Part shown: positions 55,898-64,000 of the stretch, in pieces
How the letters are laid out: each line of letters begins with the position of its first letter
Position numbering within the stretch: the first letter of the stretch is position 1
Source: Octopus vulgaris
Taxonomy: Eukaryota
NCBI GenBank assembly: GCA_951406725.2
Contig: OX597835.1
Span: 24,552,001-24,616,000 of the forward strand
Length of the DNA: 64,000 bases
Direction: 5' to 3'
The notes under the pieces: model-generated
Database searches by the model: none
What the model was told of the DNA's origin: nothing
What the model saw: the letters and a program-made list of their open reading frames with translations, nothing else
Made by a program: the position numbers and the translations under genes

Positions 55898-56283
55898 GGA
55901 GGCGCAATGGCCCAGTGGTTAGGGCAACGGACTCGCGGTCATAGGATCGCGGTTTCGATTCCCAGACCGGGCGTTGTGAGCGTTTATTGAGCGAAAACAC
56001 CTAAAGCTCCACGAGGCTCCGGCAGGGGATGGTGGTGATCCCTGCTGTACTCTTTCACCACAACTTTCTCTCACTCTTACTTCCTGTTTCTGTTGTACCT
56101 GTATTTCAAAGGGCCGGCCTTGTCACTCTCTGTGTCACGCTGAATATTCCCGAGAACTACGTTAAGGGTACACGTGTCTGTGGAGTGCTCAGCCACTTAC
56201 ACGTTAATTTCACGAGCAGGCTGTTCCGTTGGTTCGGATCAACCGGAACCCTCGTCGTCGTAACCGACGGAGTGCTTCCATCC
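55898..56283 (+). mobile_element. SINE family D, full length
   Basis: 13-bp TSD tatatatatttac. Confidence 0.93.
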
Positions 56284-56693
56284 ATATATATATTTACAGT
56301 TCTTTTCTGATTATTCCTCAGGTAATTATTTTGCGTTTTACGTTTTAGCAACGTGCGTCTATGACTACGTTCAATTACGTTCAATACGTTAAGTTGGAAG
56401 TTCAATAATTCTTGAGGCAGCCATTTTCATTTTGATATTATTTGTTACTTTTGTCTAATTTTTTAATTTCTGCGCTTCGTAGTCTTGGTGATCACGTATT
56501 TGCATAACAATAAGCAGATACGGACATCTTGCGCCAATGTTTCACCACTACTTCTTGCTTATTAATTCCAAGACACCGTTTAGGTATTTAATGCTGTTTA
56601 CCTCGCCGGATTGAATGGTATAGCTAAGGAGTAGAAACAATGACGATAGGAGGCTGATGATGGATGTATATGTTGAATAAACCCAGATTCAAA

Positions 56694-56910
56694 GCGGCGA
56701 GCTGGCAGAAACGTTAGCACGCCGGGCGAAATGCGTAGCCGTATTTCGTCTGCCGTTACGTTCTGAGTTCAAATTCCGCCGAGGTCGACGTTGCCTTTCA
56801 TCCTTTCGGGGTCGATAAATTAAGTACCAGTTACGAACTGGGGTCGATATAATCGACTTAATCCGTTTGTCTGTCCTTGTTTACCCCCTCTGTGGGTAGT
56901 AAAGAAATAT
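56694..56910 (+). mobile_element. SINE family B, full length
   Basis: gcggcgagctggcagaaacgttagc..gagttcaaattcc (B-box-like)..gcctttcatcctttcggggtcgataaa (resembles the Meta/MESC core, recalled). Confidence 0.92.
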
Positions 56911-57547
56911 ATATGTTTGATGTGTTTGTTAACTAAATCTTTTGCATCTTGTGTTTACCTGGTTCTAAGTTACTCCTCTTTATGTCCTAGATATATCATT
57001 AAACTGCATCCGGTGATGGGGCTCCAGTTTGGGAGTTCTGGAGTTGTAGGGAGAGTGGGGTCACTTCTCAACTACCATTACTCTCAGGTCCATTCTGACC
57101 CTGAACGGTAGTGTACCTGTCAGGGTCCCACCTATGGGTTAAACAGATTTTTGTGAGGGGGAGATTCAGTTCTTTGCTGCAATGAAAGCAATAACATGCC
57201 CTAAACCAATACGGGAAAGAATGGCTAATAAAACTAAAATGAAGTAATTCCGATAACACAGATTCGGATCTCAAGAGGACACCACCGGACCCTCAACAGG
57301 CAATCAGGATGGTACATCAGCCACCCCGGACGGCGTGCGCTGAATGAACTTGTCAAGGACCGAATATTAGAAGCAACTATCGCACGTCGGCACACGTTCT
57401 GCCGCAGACGGAAAAGGGGAAATTATGAAGCTACTCTTCATTAAAATTCTAGTTTCTGAAGGGTTAAACTTGTATAGGTTTTCTGGATTTCTTCCAGTAT
57501 CGCGTGTTCAATGCGGAATTGTCTTTCGTTGCGATTCTAATTCTGCT

Positions 57548-57868
57548 AAGTTTTATTTCTACATTCTTTTGGCAATAAAGAACCGACTTTTAACCCAGAT
57601 CCAAGATTCCTTCATAGGAACTTCGATAATATCAACAGATTTTTTAGTGTATATGTGCCATATTTGGACTCAATGTACGTCCAGATTTGTACGTTCTGTT
57701 TTATATATGTATTCTCAAGCATACTGTACTTAAATGCTAAACTTTTGGAAAGTTTTACATATCTTAACAGTTCCATTGATAGCGTGTATTTGTATTCTAA
57801 TTAGTTTTCTCCTTTCAGGCTTGGATAAACCCAGATTCTCAAGATTGGTACTTTGGCAGTTTGGTTGC
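57548..57868 (-). mobile_element. 3' fragment of a (CATA)n-associated RLE LINE subfamily
   Basis: NLENLGLSKPERRKLIRIQIHAINGTVKICKTFQKF homologous to 6207-6330; (CATA)-like repeat at its 5' side. Confidence 0.8.
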
Positions 57869-58148
57869 ATATACGTACGTACGCACTCATGTATGTATGA
57901 ATATATGTATGCATGTATGTACATACGTACTTATGTATATAGGTGTGTATAAATGCATGTATGTATGTATGCACACTTGTATAAACATAATATAAACATA
58001 ATTGTTTACATAAGTCTGTTTGCGTGTCTGTGTGTATATGTGTTTGCATATGGCATATAAATATGCGCGTGTGTTTGTATATGATGTATAGGTCTGTGTG
58101 TTTGTATATAATATAGAAATGTGTGTGTGTGTATGTTTTTGTACATAT

Positions 58149-58190
<42 letters not shown>

Positions 58191-58538
58191 AGTGCGTGTT
58201 GCAATGGGGATGACGGCCAGAGACAATATAATCTCACCACAACTACAGCAACAATACCAATTCCTACTACAACTACCACAACAGTAACGAGTACTTCTTA
58301 CCCATCACCACTTTAACAACCACCGGCACGCACTACCGTAATCGCCACAAACATCACCACCACCGCCGCCGCCGTCGCCAACACAATCATCACCATCGCC
58401 ACAACAACAACCACCACTACTACCACCACCACCTCTACAATCACAGCAACAAACATCACCAAACATAATCATCGTCGCAGTAGGGAACTCGAAAATGGCC
58501 AAATGAAACACAGGTGCAAGCTAATACACACACGCACA

Positions 58539-58579
<41 letters not shown>

Positions 58580-58663
58580 TATGTAAGCCAAAACAAATAG
58601 AAAAACACACATTCATACAGAAAAGTATGTAAGGACAAGCAGAACAACACTCACATATATATA

Positions 58664-59095
<432 letters not shown>

Positions 59096-59687
59096 ATCAC
59101 ACGCACTCCTATATACATATATTGATATATATACATATACATGCATATGTACACGTATGTTAGTATTCATGTGTGTATATGTATATGCATACACACACAA
59201 CACACACGCACATTCGTGCGCATAAATATACATTTATGTATATAACCTTGTACCAGCCAGGAAAATATATTCGCCTACGCATTGTTAGAAGCAGCAAACC
59301 AAAACCCGTTCACACACACATAAACACATACATATAAACACACGCACACATAAGCACGTGTGTATATGAATGTAAGCATATACACTTGTATTTCTCATGC
59401 TTGCCCTATATATTGCAATGAACACAATTATTCCCATACGCATACACACACACAGAAGACACACATGTGTGTGTGTATATATATATATTTATGTATATAT
59501 ATATGTATATACATGTATATATATATACATATGTATATATATGTATATATATATATATGTATATATATATATACATATATGGTTGTGTATAATATACATA
59601 TATATGTGTGCATGTGTGCATATATACATGTGTACGTGTATGTATGTATGTATGTATGTATCTATCTATCTATCATCTATCTATCTA

Positions 59688-59746
<59 letters not shown>

Positions 59747-59748
59747 AG

Positions 59749-60181
<433 letters not shown>

Positions 60182-60459
60182 TAAATATATGCATATAAAC
60201 ATACGTATATGTGCATACCTACATATATATGTATATACACATGTATATATAGGTACATACGCAAAAAAAAATACGTGAACACCATGAAAAACGAGGACAG
60301 GAAAAACAAAAACATGGAAAACGAACTTTTTTCGAACAACGAAAGAAACAAATAGAGAAACGAGACAGGTAACATAAAGAACAATCCCTTCATCAGTTGC
60401 CCACTGTTTTATCTACCCCGCATTTGAACGCTTGGGAATACATACATACATACATACAT

Positions 60460-60508
<49 letters not shown>

Positions 60509-60555
60509 CATGCACACACACATACACACACACACTCTCACACACATGCACATAT

Positions 60556-60768
60556 ACACTTTTACTCTTTTACTTGTTTCAGTCAGTTGACTGCGGCCAT
60601 GCTGGAGCACCGCCTTCAGTCGAGCAACTCGACCCTGGGACTTATTCTTTGTAAGCCCAGTACTTATTCTATCGGTCTATTTTGCCGAAACGCTAAGTGA
60701 CGGAGACATAAACACACCAGCAACAGTTGTCAAACAATGCTAGGGGACAAACACAGACACACAAACAT

Positions 60769-60829
<61 letters not shown>

Positions 60830-60983
60830 CGACGGGCTTCTTTCAGTTTCCGTCTACCAAATCCACTCACAAGGCTTTGGTCGGCTCGAGGCTATAGTAG
60901 AAGACACTTGCCCAAGGTGCCACGCAGTGGGACTGAACCCAGAACCATGTGGTTGGTAGGCAAGCTACTTACCACACAGCCAC
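60556..60983 (-). mobile_element. SINE family A, near full length
   Basis: As 28716-29118. Confidence 0.92.
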
Positions 60984-61124
60984 AAATATGTATTATATTT
61001 ATTAAACATGAATATATATTCACTAACATAATACTTATAAATTTCGCATTCCTTCTCCGCCTACACATATGCACCCGCATACAATCATCGTGTGTATATA
61101 TATATGTATATAACTGTATACAAA

Positions 61125-61161
<37 letters not shown>

Positions 61162-61469
61162 ATTAGGATTTGAAACCGAACTTAATTTCCACGTTTGTTC
61201 CAAATAAACAAAGATGTCTTCTGTCAATGCCACCAATGAAGACCTCAATCAAAATGGCGGCCATAATATCTTAGAAGTGAAAGAAAAGCATACACCTACT
61301 GGTATACAAGCACAAACATACAGAAACACAAAAACAAATGCAAATATGCATACATATGTGTGATTGTGCGATTGTATGTGTGTACGAGTGCGTGTGCGCC
61401 TGTGTGTATATTTCTCATGTTTGTCCCACATATATGAAATGGCCTCGTTTATGTATGTCATCTATGTAG

Positions 61470-61528
<59 letters not shown>

Positions 61529-61604
61529 CCTATCTACCTATCTACCTATCTACCTACCTACCTACCTACCAACCTACCTACCTACCTACCTATCTATCTA
61601 TCTA

Positions 61605-61674
<70 letters not shown>

Positions 61675-61809
61675 CGGTGGTGCCCCAGCATGGCCGCGGC
61701 CTTCGGGTTAAAACATTTTTAAGGATTTAAGGATATATATATATGTATATATATATATCGACCTCTCTATCTATCTATCTGTCTGTCTGTCTATCATTCT
61801 TTCTATCTT

Positions 61810-61844
<35 letters not shown>

Positions 61845-61849
61845 CCCTA

Positions 61850-61932
<83 letters not shown>

Positions 61933-62182
61933 ACATATATATATATACACACTGACTCACGCATCAGAGATGATGCATACACACACACACACACACTTAC
62001 GCAACAGTAATATGGTGAAGAGTGTGACAGTCGTGGAACGTGACGATAAGCCTGACGCCCACACAATGCACCCGGGGTGGGCAGAATGGGGCTACAAGCT
62101 GCTTTTAAGTGGGGGTGGCTGTATGTGTGTACGTGTGTGTGTGTGTGTGAGTGTGCGTGTGTGTGTGTTTGTGAGTGAGTGA

Positions 62183-62242
<60 letters not shown>

Positions 62243-63597
62243 AAGCTTCTGAAGTTTTGCAGGTCAGATTGACGTAAAGGAAGGAAAAGCAGGACAGAAG
62301 GAAAGCTGAAGGTATGAGAGAGAGAGAGACAGAAAGATAGAGAGAGAGAGTGAAAGATTGAGGGGGGAGAGAGAGGGGGAGACAGAGAGAAGGAAAGACG
62401 GAAAGGTGAAGGGTGGGAGAATTCGTTGGGGGTGGGTGTGTGTGTGCTGCAGTGGAAGTGTATGGATCGAGGTGGAGGGAAGAGAGAAAGGGGAAAGGGT
62501 GTAGGTAGGGAAAGGAAAGGAAGGACGTGGGAATGTGGGGTGAAAGAGAGCTTGCCATGTGTATGGGTGTGTGCTGAAGCAGAAGACGGAGGAGAAGGAG
62601 AAGAAGGAGGAGGAGGCGGGAGAAAAAATTAAGAGGAAGGAGAAGAAGAAGAAGAGGAAGGAGAAGAAGGAGAAAGAAGGAGAAAGAAGAAGATGAAGAA
62701 GAAGAAGATGAAGAAGAAGAAGAAGAAGAAGAAGAAGAAGAGAAAGAGGGAGAACAACAACAACAATAACAAAAACATGGAGAAGAAGAAAATGATGATG
62801 ATGATGATGACGATGACGTGAGTGAAAGTATGAGTAAATATATGATTAAAGAGAAAGGATGAGGGGAGCAATTTAAAGTAAGCGTGAGAGTAAGTGAATT
62901 TCGTACACACACACACACAGATGCACATGCGCATACACACGCATACATACACACACACATATACGTTCACAAACACACACACACACATACGTGCATACAC
63001 ACAGACACAGACACACACACAAGCATGCACACACATGTGCCTACACACACATGTGCATACACACACAAGTACATTCACACACATGTGCGTACACACACAT
63101 GTGCATACACACACACACGCTCACAAACACCCGCATATAGGCACACACACACACACACGTATATGAATGAATATAAGGACACATACATTTACATGCACAT
63201 GCATTCCCACACAACTGCACATTTCACATGCACAAGCGGAAAAAAGGAAAGGAGAAAGTGTGAATTAAAAAAGGAAACAAACAAAGAATGAAAGAAGGAT
63301 GGAAAGAACGAAAGAAAGAAATGGAGGGGGAGGAAGGAAGGGAGGAAGGAAGGAAGGAAGGAAGGAAGGAAGGAAGGAAGGAAGGATAGCACTGACCTGA
63401 CATAATCGGAAATAAAACGTGAATGTAACGAAGAGGGAGGAGGGATGTGTGAGAAGAAGAAGAGAAAAAGAGGAGAGGAGAGAGGAAAGGGAGAGAGAAG
63501 AGGAGGAGGAGAGGGAGAGGAATGAGAAAGAGGAGGGGAAAGAGAGGAGAAAGATAGGAGGAGGAGAGGGAGAGGAATGAGACAGAGGAGGGGAAAG

Positions 63598-63628
<31 letters not shown>

Positions 63629-64000
63629 GAAGACGAAGATTAGTGAGAAGGAACACAGAAAACGATGTTTCCAGAAAACCGAAGAGGGGAATGAAACGAG
63701 ACGGCAAAGATGCTGCAATAACGAAAATGTGTCCAAAGAATAAGCGAAACGGCAAGTAAAAAGCGAGGAACTTGTTTGAAAAGTCATATTAGGAGAGTCT
63801 GCTGCACCTACAATGCATGCGGTATATTGTGCAGCATCTCACTTGTAAGGTATGGGTGCATGGAGAGTTGAAACGATCGTAGTGGCTTTGAATATAAAGA
63901 GTTTCATGAATTCATTTTCTGTCTCTCATCTCTTTATACAAACTCTACGAACACAAAAGAATTCCAATATGTAAATCCAGTGGCATATACCTCCATACCG

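Noticed and set aside
57244-57256. 18S-like taattccgataac
   Set aside because: Only 13 bp, flanks do not match; chance is plausible
60370-60430. Hammerhead in the repeat with ctgatgaaggg (also ctgaagaagggg at about 47881)
   Set aside because: CUGANGA and a hairpin are present but no correctly placed GAAA or cleavage triplet in these copies
63795-63841. miRNA-like hairpin tgctgcac/gtgcagca
   Set aside because: Stem too short and no recognisable mature miRNA

Overview
AT-rich, repeat-saturated eukaryotic DNA with no intact protein-coding gene, consistent with an intergenic or intronic region. The SINE repertoire and microsatellite load point to a coleoid cephalopod, most likely Octopus (inference from recalled repeat families). 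Nearly all ORFs in the supplied track are microsatellite translations. The window contains: (1) four tRNA-headed SINE families (working names A-D, about 45 copies or fragments) with swapped heads and tails; (2) remnants of R4/Dong-type RLE LINEs sitting in (CATA)n or (TAA)n microsatellites, and of RTE LINEs; (3) a hATm-like transposase relic, several MITEs and Helitron/Helentron-type elements; (4) most notably, about nine hammerhead ribozyme (HHR) motifs. Two HHRs are fully canonical type I folds (29522-29601 minus; 11790-11896 plus) with palindromic stem III, carried by non-coding Penelope-like/retrozyme-like elements inserted in TA-rich repeats. All coordinates were read by eye; repeat edges are approximate.
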